From the NCBI GenBank assembly GCA_051530055.1, contig CM121341.1, forward strand, positions 4,752,784 through 4,816,783: DNA of 64,000 bases, in the 5' to 3' direction. The stretch's first letter is position 1, and each line of letters starts with the position of its first letter. A program made the position numbers and the translations under genes. Below, piece by piece: positions 13,169 to 26,638 of the stretch. The notes beneath the pieces are model-generated. The model saw nothing but the letters and a program-made list of their open reading frames with translations. It had not been told where the DNA came from and ran no database searches. This stretch comes from Neoechinorhynchus agilis (lineage: Eukaryota; Animalia; Acanthocephala).

Positions 13169-15915
13169 CGTAAAGCGTTAAGCATTTGTATTTAGTACAA
13201 AAGGGAAAAATTATTATGACGTTATTTTCCGAAGTTTTAATAGAGTTCATGTTTTTTGTTGTTCTTTAAGGTCTTTTTTCTAAAGAATGAAGTTTTTCCG
13301 TGTTTAGAGAGTAAATTTTTTATTATTTATACTGGTTTTGTACTTTCACGATCATTGTAAGAATTTATACAAATTTACTCACGAGGATTAACTCTCAAAA
13401 TAAATAAGAGTCCGTATCCTTCAAAAATCTTTACTGAAATCATTGTCGTCAAAATACGGACAAGGATTGTTCCGGAACAAATCGATCTCCTGCGGTATCG
13501 TTTTCTTCAATAAATGAGGCCACTTATATTTGACCAATTTATCAATTTGGTAGTAAATTCGAAAGAGCAGGTAGTAGAACGGATAGCTTAACCGATCGAT
13601 AGTTAATATTACTGGTCTCTGATTCAAATCTATTGAGTAGATTGTGTGATTTCGGCATTTTCGGGAAATTATATAGTCCACTGAAAAGCAAACTTCCACG
13701 AGTATTTGAATGCACTGTTTAAGAAATAATCGTAAGGCATAGCCGCACAAATAATAATTTTTAGACGTATCGGTCACACTTTCCAACACCACCGTAAAAT
13801 CCATCTAAAACCTTCGATAAGTTCGAATTGCGATTGTCTTATTTCCGTCTGTCTAGTAGAAATTATAAATAATACGAATATTACAAGTGCACAAAACATA
13901 TCGTTTTTCTCTTCCACAATGCGCTGAGTTAGAGCGCTCAGGTAAATGAAACGCATTTAAGACACGTTGACCGATCTTACTTTTTTCCACTAAAATATTT
14001 TTGAGAAGCTTCACATTTCAATCCAAAGCTCTGAGCAATCTTAACTTTTCCTAGAAAAAATTAACCTTCGATTGAATAGACCAACGGCGATCGGTGATCA
14101 CCAATCCGTTCGTCTATCATCCCTCATTGCTTCGCTTGTCAATCTTGGTTTGGGATGTGTGAACGAAATGGTTACGCCAAGCGAAACGCTCGACAATATA
14201 AGTACGTTTTGTTCCAGCATTCATCTTGGTTAAGCAAATTGAAAGTAATTTAGTTTCAGTCCACTGATGGTATCAACAGAAATATTCTAAAAGGTTTTAC
14301 GTTCTGTATTCGTAAGCATTAAAGCTCATAAAAATGGATCGTAAAAGGCTAATTGTTTCGAATTGATTCGAAAGTTGATTTAGTTTTCAAAATGAAATAA
14401 AGAATCAAATGCACGATACTAAAAAACCGCAAATTGGTGCAAAGCACCACAAAGAATTATTTTTTGTATAATAAAGTTCTTTTCTCTAATGAAGACGGAA
14501 ACTTGCCCGCTCAAAATGAGCTTATCCGATGGCGCACTTGATTGCGCACGTAAAGCGTTAAGCATTTGTATTTAGTACAAAAGGGAAAAATTATTATGAC
14601 GTTATTTTCCGAAGTTTTAATAGAGTTCATGTTTTTTGTTGTTCTTTAAGGTCTTTTTTCTAAAGAATGAAGTTTTTCTGTGTTTAGAGAGTAAATTTTA
14701 TATTATTTATACTGGTTTTGTACTTTCACGATCATTGTAAGAATTTATACAAATTTACTCACGAGGATTAACTCTCAAAATAAATAAGAGTCCGTATCCT
14801 TCAAAAATCTTTACTGAAATCATTGTCGTCAAAATACGGACAAGGATTGTTCCGGACCAAATCGATCTCCTGCGGTATCGTTTTCTTCAATAAATGAGGC
14901 CACTTATTTGACCAATTTATCAATTTGGTAGTAAATTCGAAAGAGCAGGTAGTAGAACGGATAGCTTAACCGATCGATAGTTAATATTACTGGTCTCTGA
15001 TTCAAATCTATTGAGTAGATTGTGTGATTTCGGCATTTTCGGGAAATTATATAGTCCACTGAAAAGCAAACTTCCACGAGTATTTGAATGCACTGTTTAA
15101 GAAATAATCGTAATGCATAGCCGCACAAATAATAATTTTTAGACGTATCGGTCTCACTTTCCACGACTACCGTAAAATCCTTCTAAAACCTTCGATAAGT
15201 TCGAATTGCGATTGTCTTATTTCCGTCTGTCTAGTAGAAATTATAAATAATACGAATATTACAAGTGCACAAAACATATCGTTTTTCTCTTCCACAATGC
15301 GTTGAGTTTGAACGCTCAGGTAAAAGAAACGCATTTAAGACACGTTGACAGATCTTACTTTTATCCACTAAAATACTTTTGAGACGCTTCACATTTCAAT
15401 CCAAAGCTCTGAGCAATCTTAACTTTTCCTAGAAAAAATTAACCTTCGATTGAATAGACCAACGGCGATCGGTGATCACTAATCCGTCCGTCTATCATCC
15501 CTCATTGCTTCGTTTGTCAATCTTGGTTTAGGATGTGTGAACGAAATGGATAAAAAAGATTTACAATCTTTTTGAAATGGTTACGCCAAGCGAAACGCTC
15601 GACAATATAAGTACGTTTTGTTCCAGCATTCATCTTGGTTAAGCAAATTGAAAGTAATTTAGTTTCAGTCCACTGATGGTATCAACAGAAATATTCTAAA
15701 AGGTTTTACGTTCTGTATTCATAAGCATTAAAGCTCATAAAAATGGATCGTAAAAGGCTAATTGTTTCGAATTGATTCGAAAGTTGATTTAGTTTTCAAA
15801 ATGAAATAAAGAATCAAATGCACGATACTGAAAAAAAACCGCAAATTGGTGCAAAGCACCACAAAGAATTATTTTTTTGTATAATAACGTTCTTTTTAAA
15901 AATTGACGGAAATCT
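13169..15915. repeat. tandem duplication of a 1380-bp unit (13169-14548 / 14549-15915) containing a minus-strand hypothetical ORF
   Basis: Near-identical sequence at a 1380-bp offset; ORFs 13421-13804 and 14904-15164 are the same peptide. Confidence 0.9.
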
Positions 15916-17170
15916 TAAAGAATTGAAGCAAAATTGCAACATCCACCACCGACGACACCGATGCCGTCCCCTCATTTCGCTCGGGGACAGCACGTTCCTC
16001 GCTTCGCTCGGAACCTGGATGCTAGACAACAATATGAAGACGGAATCTTGCCCGCCCAAAATGAGCCAAGTGAAAAGACCGAGGAAACCCCTAACGCTAT
16101 CGGGACACCAGGCCGAAATTCTGTTCATCAAATCACTAACGCAGACACCTTGAATGCGCCATTTATCGATCACTCTCAACCTGGGAAGGCCAACGCTGCC
16201 GGGCTCCCATGCGTCTCTACTGAGGAGTGTTTGGTTTGCGATAAGTCTTTTAAATTAACCAATTCGGGGGTTTTGTTTGCCCGTGGTCCTCGAGATCTAA
16301 GCTGTTGCGGATCTGGTTCTCAACAACAATCAACCGATAAGTTGATGCCTGGGATCTCTCAGATCACCATTGACTCTATTTCGATGCCTGATATCGTGCG
16401 GGTTCTGCCCAGGAACGTCCTGAAACGGATCCCTAAAGGCGCGCGATATCAGGTCGCCAAAGCATTTACGGGATTGCTCAACGATTGCCTCCAAAGAAAC
16501 TGTGTGCGATCATGGACACGGCTCTTCGCATTCCCGCGCTAAATCCTTTGCACCAGCGATGATTCTGGATGTCGTCGACATCAACAATCAAAGAAAGGGT
16601 GGCCTCCTTCGAACAGATATTTAACAATTTCGAAATGAAATTTGGCGAGATTCGTAAGGGACGCACGAAGGAAGGGATTCGTTGCCGTTTTTCAAAGCGA
16701 TCACTGACTGAACGTGTTTCTTCAAATCTTGCGGACAGAGATGTTCGGGGGCTTTTCGGTTATTGTCATCCTCGGACAGTTTTGCACAAGGAGACAACGG
16801 GACACAGCAAATACTTCGGTCAAAGCACCCATGCAGTAGTGACAGTTTTGAAATCCCACCTCTTCCAATACAAGACAGGACACCCACTAAAATATCAGAA
16901 CTAAAAAAGGCCATCTCATCTTTTGCAAATGGTTCGGGTCTTGGGCTTGATGGGTTAAGGCCTCAGCACCTAAAGGACTTTACAACTGGTGAAGCAGATC
17001 TCTTTCTAGGGAGTGCGCTTTCTCGGTTAGTTGACTGCCTGACTGGAGAGGACCTGAATCCCGTTGCAAAAGACCTTTTTTCGGAGCATCATTATTTGCC
17101 CTCACAAAAAAAGAAGGTGGGATTCGTCCCATCGCCGTATCTTCGACGATACCATGACTTGCGGGAAAAA
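15900..17170 (+). mobile_element. CRE-clade element, 5' half, truncated in RT
   Basis: CLVCDKSF finger, LKRIPKGAR motif (shared with the 7938-11081 element) and SFANGSGLGLDGLRPQHL; ends at GGIRPIAV; frameshifted. Confidence 0.8.
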
Positions 17171-17321
17171 TTCTGAATAACCGGGCAGCAACTTCGCCCA
17201 GTCCAACTGGGAAGAAACCATTTGAAGTGACTTGTCTTTCTATAATAGCGAAATCGATGATGATCATTATTAAATGAAGTACACTTTAAATATTTTGCAT
17301 TTCGTCTCGTATTTTGGAATT

Positions 17322-17419
17322 GCCGCCCGTTCCCTTGGCTTAGGCTGCAGACAGCGACAGTAGGAATCTTAATAATCCATTCATGCACGTTACTAATTAG
17401 ACGACAAGCCATTTGGCTA
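17322..17419 (-). rRNA. 28S remnant downstream of the R2 insertion site
   Basis: Minus strand TAGCCAAATGGCTTGTCGTCTAATTAGTAACGTGCATGAATGG...GCCAAGGGAACGGGC matches 28S immediately 3' of the R2 cleavage site (AAGG^TAGCC). Confidence 0.85.
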
Positions 17420-20400
17420 GGCAGGCATTTATTACTCAGTTATCAAACACTTTACAATGTTGTTATTAAAAGATCAGTCTTTTAGAGTTGAGTCTCTTCT
17501 ATTTTTAATTCGTTGTATTGAAGCGCCCTTCATTGTTTGGTCTTTTCTTCGTAAGCTGTTACCCGTTTTTTTTGAGAATTCTTCATTGTTGCTATTCCTG
17601 CACAAGCTGTGATCCATGTAGTTTGCACGATTTCAGAGCTGTTGCCTCTGGCACCATCGTCTGCCCGAAAAAACCAAAAATACCAGCATCAAGGACTGCT
17701 CGGCTGCAGTTCTAGCCATGTTAAGCGCTGTTCGCTGTCCAGTGGCGATAAGCTTCAGGCGGAGTTGCTAAATGTTCCGCTGGATCCCACTGCTAAACCG
17801 ATAGTCGAGTCTTTATGCTCCGGCACGTTCAGCTCTCTTTCAACTACTTGTACAATGGGCGCATGCGTTTCCTCTTTACTCTTCATTACGGCTTCTGGAC
17901 GAGCTTGACTTATTTTATAGTACAGTTCAACATCGGCAAATGTACTGAATTCCTATCACTCAATATAAGGTCTTGCTCCACCTTTTCAAACATAGCTGTT
18001 TAAATGAGGTATTTGGAGAGATTTGATTCAGTTCGCACTTGTAACCGAGCACGCCGAAATACTCCCGAATTGTGCCGATCTCCTTGTGGAGATCAATCAC
18101 GCCTCCGAATTTATCATGAATTGCTTTCACGGTTCGAAGACTTGTACTTTGCATTTCATGGAGAAGGGACTTAAATTTCAACTAACCTTTTGAGAGCGGC
18201 AGATAAAAGGCGCCATCGCTAACGCTCCTCGGCAGTTGAAGGAGCTTCTTTAGCCTTGATCTCCACTGCTCGTCAATGCGCTTCAAGTTAGTAGACGATA
18301 TGTCCCAGGATGGCTCCGTAGCAGCAAAAGCAAACTCCAGGTAGTTTCCTTCCATGGAGTGCCCTGAGGGATTTTACTGGGTCCCCTTCCATGATGGCCT
18401 TTAGCTTTATGCCGTTCACCTCTATTTTAGATTCGCGGTCCACCATGAGCCTCGAGATTTTATAACTATGATGGTATGCCTGACACTTATTAGGGCTCAA
18501 GAAAAGCTTGCATTCTTTGAGCTTAGTCTGAAGAGTGTCTATCATTGCTTGGATGTCCGGATAATTGTCAGCCAATAATAGCACGTAATTTGCACACAAC
18601 AGATGCGACAAGCGATGATTTTTCTTTAGCTGGCACCCAGTATCAAGTTTCCGGACTTCATACAGTGCCTCGTCTACACACAGCGTGAAACGCAAAAGAG
18701 AGAGGGGGTCTCCTGGCTTTACTCCTCTCAGGAAATTAATGGTTTCTGAAGACCTGGCGTTTGATATACGGATCCTCGTAGTATTTCCTCGGTATGTGCT
18801 GATCACGTATCTTTACAGATACTCAGGGCATCAATTTCTGCGAAGTGCTTCCTTTACAGCATTGTGCGAAACAATGTCGAAAGCACTCTTGATGTCAAGG
18901 ACAGCAACTGCAAGAGGTTGCTTCTTTTTCCCCTTTGCTCTTACTACACTACGAAGAGTGAGAAGATTAGCCACACAGGCTGATCGGTCAAACGCCGTTT
19001 GTTCTTAATCCAGACTGAATACTCTACGAAGCCGCTGCAGAATAATGCGCTGCAAGGCGCGCATTAAAACGGAAGAGATCGTTATTGGTCTCCAATCCGC
19101 CTGAGTTCGTAGCTTATCAGGTGACGATCTTGATTTGGGCAACGGGATTGTTTTAGACTCGTTCCACGATTGTGGGGGCCTCCGTATTGCATGACGAAGT
19201 TGAAGAGCAACGTCATGCCCTGAAGTAACGGATCGAAGGATCGAACATCGCGAACCGTAATCTTATCCGGACCCTGGTGTGCTCGAAGTTTTAAAACTTT
19301 TTAGGACATCTTCAACTTCCACCGTTGGGATTACCGGCCACCGCATTTGAAGCGATTGCTTTTGATCTGCAACACTACTTTCTTGCAAATTCTCAGTTTC
19401 AGCGTTCCCTTCATATAAACGACAATAGTGATTAACTGTTTCTTGATGACTCAGTAGACACTCTCTTCGCTCAGTACTTTCATATACTTCAGCTGCCTAA
19501 TTTGAAATGTTTGCGCAGCACAGAGCTCGATTGTGTCTCGTCTTGAGTAGACGGTCTTGGAACTTCGTAATCCCGCGGCACCCAACACACGGATTTGTGG
19601 CTGTTTCGTCCGTCCACACGTTGTACGCGTGAGTTCCAATCCCAGGGCAAAAAATACGACGAACTTGTCTTTCATATGGCGAATGAACGGTAAAGTCACA
19701 AGAATATGCGACAGCGAACAAGACAAACACTGGAGATACTAAACTGTTCTTATGAAGTCCATCAAGGTGAACATCTTAAGAAACATTAGCATCTGAGACG
19801 CTTTGCGCAACTTGCTCATTGTACTCCTTCTTGTCTTAAACCTCCATTGTTATTTTCGTCACTACATTTTTCCACAATGAAGGATTGGCCATCACGTGGT
19901 AAGAGCCTATCCCGGACATTTCTTCAACTTGATGATTTTAAACCGAAGCTGTCGCAGCCGGGAAACTTCCGGCACCTCAACACTACTGCCACACCGAAGA
20001 TACTGTGCCTATCGCGTGGCAGCAGCGTCAACAAAGTTCCCATTAATGGATCCATCCAATCGACGGAGGATTTCTCTCTCCGTCTCAAGAAAACTCCTGC
20101 ACCTTGGATGGGGCCAGTACGCTCTCATATGCCTCGACACCTGTGAAAACAGTCGACTCGATTGAGCAGTTTGCCTTTGTTGTGTCCCCTTAACACTGGC
20201 GTAACGACTGTGGCATATGATTTACACGGAAGAACTGGCTTTGCACTTCCATGTCACCTACGAGAGTAGGTGAACGGACAGAAGATGGGTTTCTTCTGGT
20301 AGGACCTCCGGAGGTTCGCGTTCCTCCTCGCCAGCTCAATGACCGATTGCTCGATTGATGGATCTGTTATTTCCTTTCTTTTCTTTAAATACATGGTTAC

Positions 20401-20906
20401 AGCGGTCTCCCATCAACGCTTGCAAGCATTCATATGACTACGCACTGAATCGTAGTTTTCCGACTTATATGCCGGACACCGAAACAACACCGAAGTTGTT
20501 CCGTGTTCAAGCATAAAGTGTTCTTTCAATATTTTGGTCCGATTACTTCCGTGGAACGTGGCGTTACATTCTGGGCATTCCACTGGTCCCTCTGCTTCTG
20601 AGCTTGCTGTTATTAAGCCACCTTTGCCTGCTAAAGGGGCTACCTTTTCGACTGTATCCTCATCAGAGCACGTTTTGTAATGTAGGCCAATAGAGCCTAT
20701 CGCCTCTTTCTTAAGTCCACAATTATCAACTTTACTTTGGACACTATGGATTCTTGAAGAACTCGGTGGTACTGAAGGTACTCACTTGTAAGCTGTTGAT
20801 CATACGGTAATCGTAGATGGGCGCCATCTGAAACGAGAAGCGCCAAGTACCCGGCAGATTGGACAGTAACCCCTGACTTGTTGTTTGTAGTGGATTTGTT
20901 AGCTGA
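17420..20906 (-). mobile_element. full-length decayed R2 retrotransposon at its canonical 28S site
   Basis: 5' junction follows 28S GTAACTATGACT and 3' junction abuts TAGCCAAAT. Encodes a CPEC...H...H finger, RT motifs (WRPITISS, VLDIKSAFD, RGVKPGDPLS, LLAD, FYLPLSKG) and a degenerate CCHC/RLE region; many stops. Confidence 0.9.
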
Positions 20907-22499
20907 AGTCATAGTTACGTCCGCCGTTTACCCGCGGTTAAATGAGTTTCTTCACTTTAACATTCAGAGCACTGGGCAGAAATCACAGTGCATCAACACC
21001 AATTACAGCTATCGCAAAGCGTTTTTTTATTGGACAGTTTTATTCCCCTTGTCCATACCAGTTCTAGGCCAGCATTTTAACGTTGATCGGATCCCCGCGC
21101 TTAAAAAGTGAGTGTGTCCATTTGGAAACGAAGAAAAAACGCGGAGCATAGCTTTCGATGCCCACCGAACGCAGCACCATGTTCCGTCCTCGAAATCGAC
21201 ACTTTCACAAGAGCAAACAACTGAGACAGATCCAAGAGTCGACAACATACCGCTTCTCGTGATAGCCCGCTCAACTTAGTTTATAGGGCCAATCCTTTTT
21301 CCGAAGTTACGGATCTAATTTTCCTACGTCCGTTGCCCACGTTTCCCTATCGACTAGAGGCTACTCACCTTGGAGACCTACTGCGGAAATCAGTGCGAAC
21401 AGTCTGAATATTCTCACACCCAGATTTTCAAGGACAATACGAAGTTCTCGGTACATCGCAGGAATCGCGCAGCATTACGGAACGTGCACCCTATCAACAG
21501 ACGATCTAATTCTAGGGATAAAGTTCCTAACGAAGAAGAGAAAACTCTTCCCCAGACTTTGTTTAACTATTCTCTTGGATTGCTCGTGTCACCAATTGGG
21601 CTGAACATCATCTGCACAAGAAGAACATGTGAAAAGATCGAGCACAAACCGCATCCTGGCTCGGGAATATTAAATCGATTCCCGTTCGATTGCGCAATGT
21701 AGCACGCTTAATCACGAATTTGCACGTTTAATTAGGATCGGCTGATCCATGCCCAAATGTTGTTCAGATGGAACCTTTCTCCAGTTGAGTCTTCAAAGCT
21801 CTCATTTAAATACTTGCTACTACCACCAAGATCTGCACTAGCGGCGGCTCCACTTCACGGTGCAAGTTTCAACACCACCACCGCATACGCCCTTCTAAAC
21901 GTCAAGCCATTTGTATATTTCCGACCGGCATTGAAGGTCAAGCATCGATATACGTCTCCAGCGCCATCCATTTTCAGGGCCAGTCGATTCAGCAAGTGAG
22001 TTTTTACACATTCCTTGCGGATTCCTAATTCTGCGGCCACCGCCCTGCTGTCAATATCGACTGACACCTTCCATGGTATCTCATGAGATGCACTGTTGGC
22101 ACTTCAGCTCAACGTTTGGTTCATCCCTCATCGTCTGTTCTGCTCATGAAAAATGACTTACTTGATGCCATTGCATTTGCATCCGACACTCAGCAGCAGC
22201 ATAAGCAACTGTTAAGGAGTGACCGAGCTTATTACCCATTTAAAGTTTGAGAATAGGTCGAGGACAATTCGTCCCCAATTCCGCTAATCATTCGCTTTTC
22301 TAGATAAAACTGTCTTATGCAACACTGGCTTTTCTGGGGGGAACTACAAAGGGAACCAACTAAATGATGGTTCGATTAGTCTTTCGCCCCTATACCCAAA
22401 TCTGACGATTGATTTTCACGCCAAAAACGTTACGGACCTCCACAGAATTTCCTCCGACTTCATCCTACTCAGGCATAGTTCACCATCTCTCGGGTCCCA
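20907..22499 (-). rRNA. 28S rRNA fragment, orphan/pseudogenic copy 2
   Basis: Near-identical to 356-1948 at offset 20551, with the same breakpoints. Confidence 0.9.
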
Positions 22500-22539
22500 T
22501 TTCTTAGAGGAGCTATGAAATGGATGGCGATGAATTCTA

Positions 22540-23135
22540 GATTGGGGTTTCTACGACTGGGACTCCCGATTTGTGTCCCACACTACTGTCGTTGTGGGGC
22601 CCTTGTGGATTCTTTGGGTAGACACGGTCTCGTCTGTCGCCAGTCCGGTGGCAGGTATGCTCGCCACGCTGAGATTAACTCGGTTATTAGTCAGGCCTTA
22701 AACACGATACACGCACCGAATCTGCTCGAACCAAGTCACCTCTGCAGACTCGACGGTCGGAGACCGGACGAGATAACTATGTTCCCGTGGCCAGAAGGGA
22801 AATCCTTTCTCTGGGGTGGACTCCCTTTCCCTGTCCCCTCAAGGCGCGAAGGAGGTGCTGCAATTGCCGCAGAGGAACGCAAGCGCGGGAAGTACGCGGA
22901 GCTCTTGAGGGTACATCACTTCGTCCCTTTCGGCGTTGAGACGCTCGGTGCCTTCGGTGTTGAGGCCAAGAACTTTAGGGCGGATCTTTCAAGGAAGATG
23001 AGGATCGCAACCGGAGACCCAAGAGCAGGAACGTTCTTCCTGCAAAACATAGGTCTCGCGATCCAGCGCGGCAACGCTGCAAGTGTCCTTGCGGCGGTTC
23101 CGGGTGGTGAAGAGATGGATCTGGGAGGCTCATAG
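22540..23135 (+). mobile_element. CRE-clade 3' fragment (RLE domain)
   Basis: LRLGLPICVPHYCRCG...RHAEIN...RPDE...FGVETLG...QRGNAASV. Confidence 0.85.
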
Positions 23136-23861
23136 ATACATTAGACTTGATTTGCTGTGAGTATATTTTCTTCAAAATAAAACAAATATTACACTTTCGG
23201 TGAGAATAATCCCGGTCATTACATATTTTATTTATTCGAAATATTTTGCGAAGTATCCTCGCCTCTTCAGTCATCTAAAAGTAGGTTTTCCATATTACGA
23301 TTTTTGCTCGAGTGCGCGGGATCGCCAAACCCGAAGTTCAGGGATCAATTAAACATGTGTTTCGTTTTTTTGTTTTTCCATTGATTTTTTTATATTGATT
23401 TTTATCACGTCGCTGGCTGGAAGTTTCAAGCTAAAATTAACTTTATTTCCCTTCATTGTAGCTACCTAGAGAACGATGCTTTTGCAATTGTTGCATTCTC
23501 TTTTTTTCGTGAAAAATAATCGGTATAATTTGTTTTTTTTACGATTATTGTTTGAAGATTTAATTGTTCATATTTTGTGATCTCCACTAGCTCCGACTTT
23601 GTGCGACATTTACATGCGGCACGATGATTAATCAGTTGATCTACGGCGATCTGGTAAGAAACGAAGTTTAACAGGAACATTTTAAGTCAACAAAACAAAA
23701 AACTCTAAAACAATGGTATAAAAAGCACCATCCTCGATGCTAATAAATATTTGTCCATTTGTTTGCCCTTGTTTGTTCATGGCGATTTACGGAAAAAGCG
23801 GAACGATTCGGACCTGTTCAATGTGAACTCTCTCTCTTGGTGTTGTTCTGACCTCGATCAA

Positions 23862-24332
23862 ATGCGTTCCCCTGCAGAAATAGTGAACGGTGCAATCACC
23901 GAATGGGACCACGCAACTTATGCGGATTTAATAGAAGCAGCGATCGGGAACAGTTTGACCGGCAGATTGCGGGTCAATGAAATCTACGAATGGATTATGG
24001 AAAATATCCCATATTTCAAACAAAGAACAGATACAAAGTCATGGAAAGGATCAATCAGGAGTACACTTTCTTATTGTCAAAGATTCAGGAAAATTCCGGT
24101 TCGAGGGAGACCGAGGAAATCGTTTTGGACGATCAATGATAACAGGACGAGTGGTCGACAGTGGCGACCAAAAGGACGACAACAAATTGTCGAGGAATCA
24201 AGGATTCAGCGTCCTCGTCTAAATGGAAATGCATCTCAAGTAGTACAACCGGACAATTCAAGAATCTACGAACCGGAGAACTTAGCGGTTAGAGATCAAA
24301 TGATGCCAAACGGCCACCGAAATTCAGAGTGA
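23862..24332 (+). CDS. divergent forkhead-domain protein, copy 2
   Basis: Nearly identical to copy 1; part of duplicated segment 23620-24790. Confidence 0.85.
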   Translation: MRSPAEIVNGAITEWDHATYADLIEAAIGNSLTGRLRVNEIYEWIMENIPYFKQRTDTKSWKGSIRSTLSYCQRFRKIPVRGRPRKSFWTINDNRTSGRQWRPKGRQQIVEESRIQRPRLNGNASQVVQPDNSRIYEPENLAVRDQMMPNGHRNSE

Positions 24333-24877
24333 TTTTCCGTTGATCGGAAATGGTGATCAAGAAACTTAAATCAGATGGATAAATGGAAGCCATCAGAGAG
24401 TTCAAGTTAAGGATTAAGACGTCTTTTGTTAATAAAGAACGTGTCCATAATTTCTAATCAAATTTCATTGAAAACAAACTCGCCTTTTCAACTAAAATTT
24501 CTTAGTAGATCCGTATATTATTCGCAAAAACAGAATCTATTGTTTCGAATTATAAATTAATTGCTTTAAATAAAATTAGGAAGCAATTTTACGAAGAATT
24601 TCCTTCAAGAACATGACGATGATCTTCACCTTTATTGCAATTATCAATTTTAGTCGTTATTTTCTGGTCCACGGGACTCTCGAGTAGTTTAGGATGAAAA
24701 GTATATGAGTTCTTTGATATTCGTCCGGCAGTTCAATAGAAATATTCATGGTTATTTGAATTAATCTCAAGTTTTTCTTTTTTGTCGCTTATTTACTGAA
24801 GCTCTTAATACTTTAGGCCCAAGCGCCAAAATTTCCGTTTGACCAATCAGCGAAGAACGCAGAGCTTTTCATTTAAG

Positions 24878-25511
24878 ATGTCTAAGAAAGCAAAAGTAGA
24901 GGAAGAAGTGAATTCTAGCGAATTGATTGGCATTGAGTTCGACGCATATCCTCCTTCAGAACGATTTCGTAATGGAATTCAATTTCTTCTTAAGCAAATC
25001 GATTTCATAAAATCCCTTAAGAGCGAAAGTGAGGATGTGGTAGAAAAGCTTACGGATTTAATGATCGAACAGCATCCAATTGGTAGTGTGATAATCGAAG
25101 CGGACGACGACGATGCAGACCAAAATATCGACGAAGACATTTCAGTATTTGCGCTTTTGACTGTTGTTCCTTTAGAAGATACTCGGCTCGACTCGGTATT
25201 TAATCTTTTTTTGTGTGAATAAATCAGCACCCAGAAGCGATTGTTGTCTTTGGATAAACCTTCGAGTTCCAGGTCTTCCTGTGGACTATATGCTGCTTTC
25301 TCTTAAAGACCTCCTTTCCGATCTCAATGATAGACCTTTCAAATATTGGATCCTTTTTGAAGATCAATGTGACTTTTCTGAAGACAATTTTGAAAACGTT
25401 TGCTATGATCGTTGGACTATTAAAGGATCGACATCGCGAGTGATGGTCTTTGAAGCGAGCACAGTTGAGAATCGTCTAGTGAAGTCTTTGGAAAAGTCTA
25501 TAAAGAAATGA
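24878..25511 (+). CDS. BCCIP: BCCIP/BCP1-family protein (frameshift at a T7 run near 25206-25212)
   Basis: IEFDAYPP...GIQFLLKQ...IGSVI...VFALLTV and LWINLRVPGLP resemble BCP1 motifs (DFEF..P, GSVI, LLINERF.N.P). Deleting one T joins ORFs 24839-25222 and 25215-25511. Confidence 0.7.
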
Positions 25512-26638
25512 TTAAAATGTAACAATCAATGAATCGATGAAATAAATTGAAATTTCTCTTTTTATGAGTTTAGATGTAAAAGACGCGCTTGTTATAAACT
25601 AATTCTAAGAAAAAATTATATTAACGCTGATTAATTGCCGTTAACCTATACCCTGATTCCTCCTGCAAATGTAGAAAAAAGTGATTTATTGACGTTCTTA
25701 GGAGAATTTAAAACTTAAATTCAATGAATTAACAAACTTTTTAAGCATTATTTCTGCTTTAGGCCAAAAAAATCAAAAGAATGCCGTTGTTTTTAGTGGT
25801 TTAAATTCAGATTTAATAAGTATTTTAGTATATTGTTTATTTGATACAACATACAAGAAAACACAATCTTAATTCATGTATTGGTCACTATGGTTTAAAG
25901 GTCCAAAATTTATTTCGACCTGAATTTTGCTGCTTTATCTTCGATGCGGTTTTTCTTATATCACAAAACAAAGCAGAAAACGATTTTTAATTCTTTACGA
26001 ATGACTCTTAAAAGTTTTTTAGGAGAAAGATTTTTGAGAAAAGTGTCATATAAAATTGATTTTGAATACCTTTCATCGAATATATTGATTTCCTTCACAG
26101 CAGCGAGCACATAATAAAACGCAATAAAAGAATTAAGAAAGTTTATCGTTGAAAATGGCAGCTCAAATCGATTCGTTATTTTGTGGAGACAGAAAGAGCA
26201 ATAAAAATGCGATTAAGAAAAGAACACTTCGAAAAGTTTTATTTACTTGTTCTCCTTTCCCTCGTCCACTTTTATAATCTTAACGAAGGTCCGGCGCACC
26301 CATTGACAGAGACCGTTAATAAATACAAAATTAAATATTGATTTTATTGATTAATCGATTAATAAGAATCATTATTTCAACGTCAAAAAAGTTAGAACGC
26401 TGATTAATCAGTGGATCTACGGCGATCTGCCAAGAAACCAAGCTTGGTAAGCTCATTTTAAGTCAACAAAACAAAAAAACGCTAACAAAATGGTATCCAA
26501 AACAGCAACCTCGATGCTGACAAATATTTGTCCATTTATTCACCATTGTTTGTTCATGGCGATTTACGGATAAAGCGAAACGATTCGAACTTGTTCAATG
26601 TGAACTCTCTCTCTTGGTGTTGTTCTGACCTCGATCAA

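Noticed and set aside
25200-25222. Frame break in BCCIP as another non-canonical intron
   Set aside because: It falls in a T7 run; one fewer T gives a continuous ORF and there is no terminal stem. Most likely a homopolymer error.
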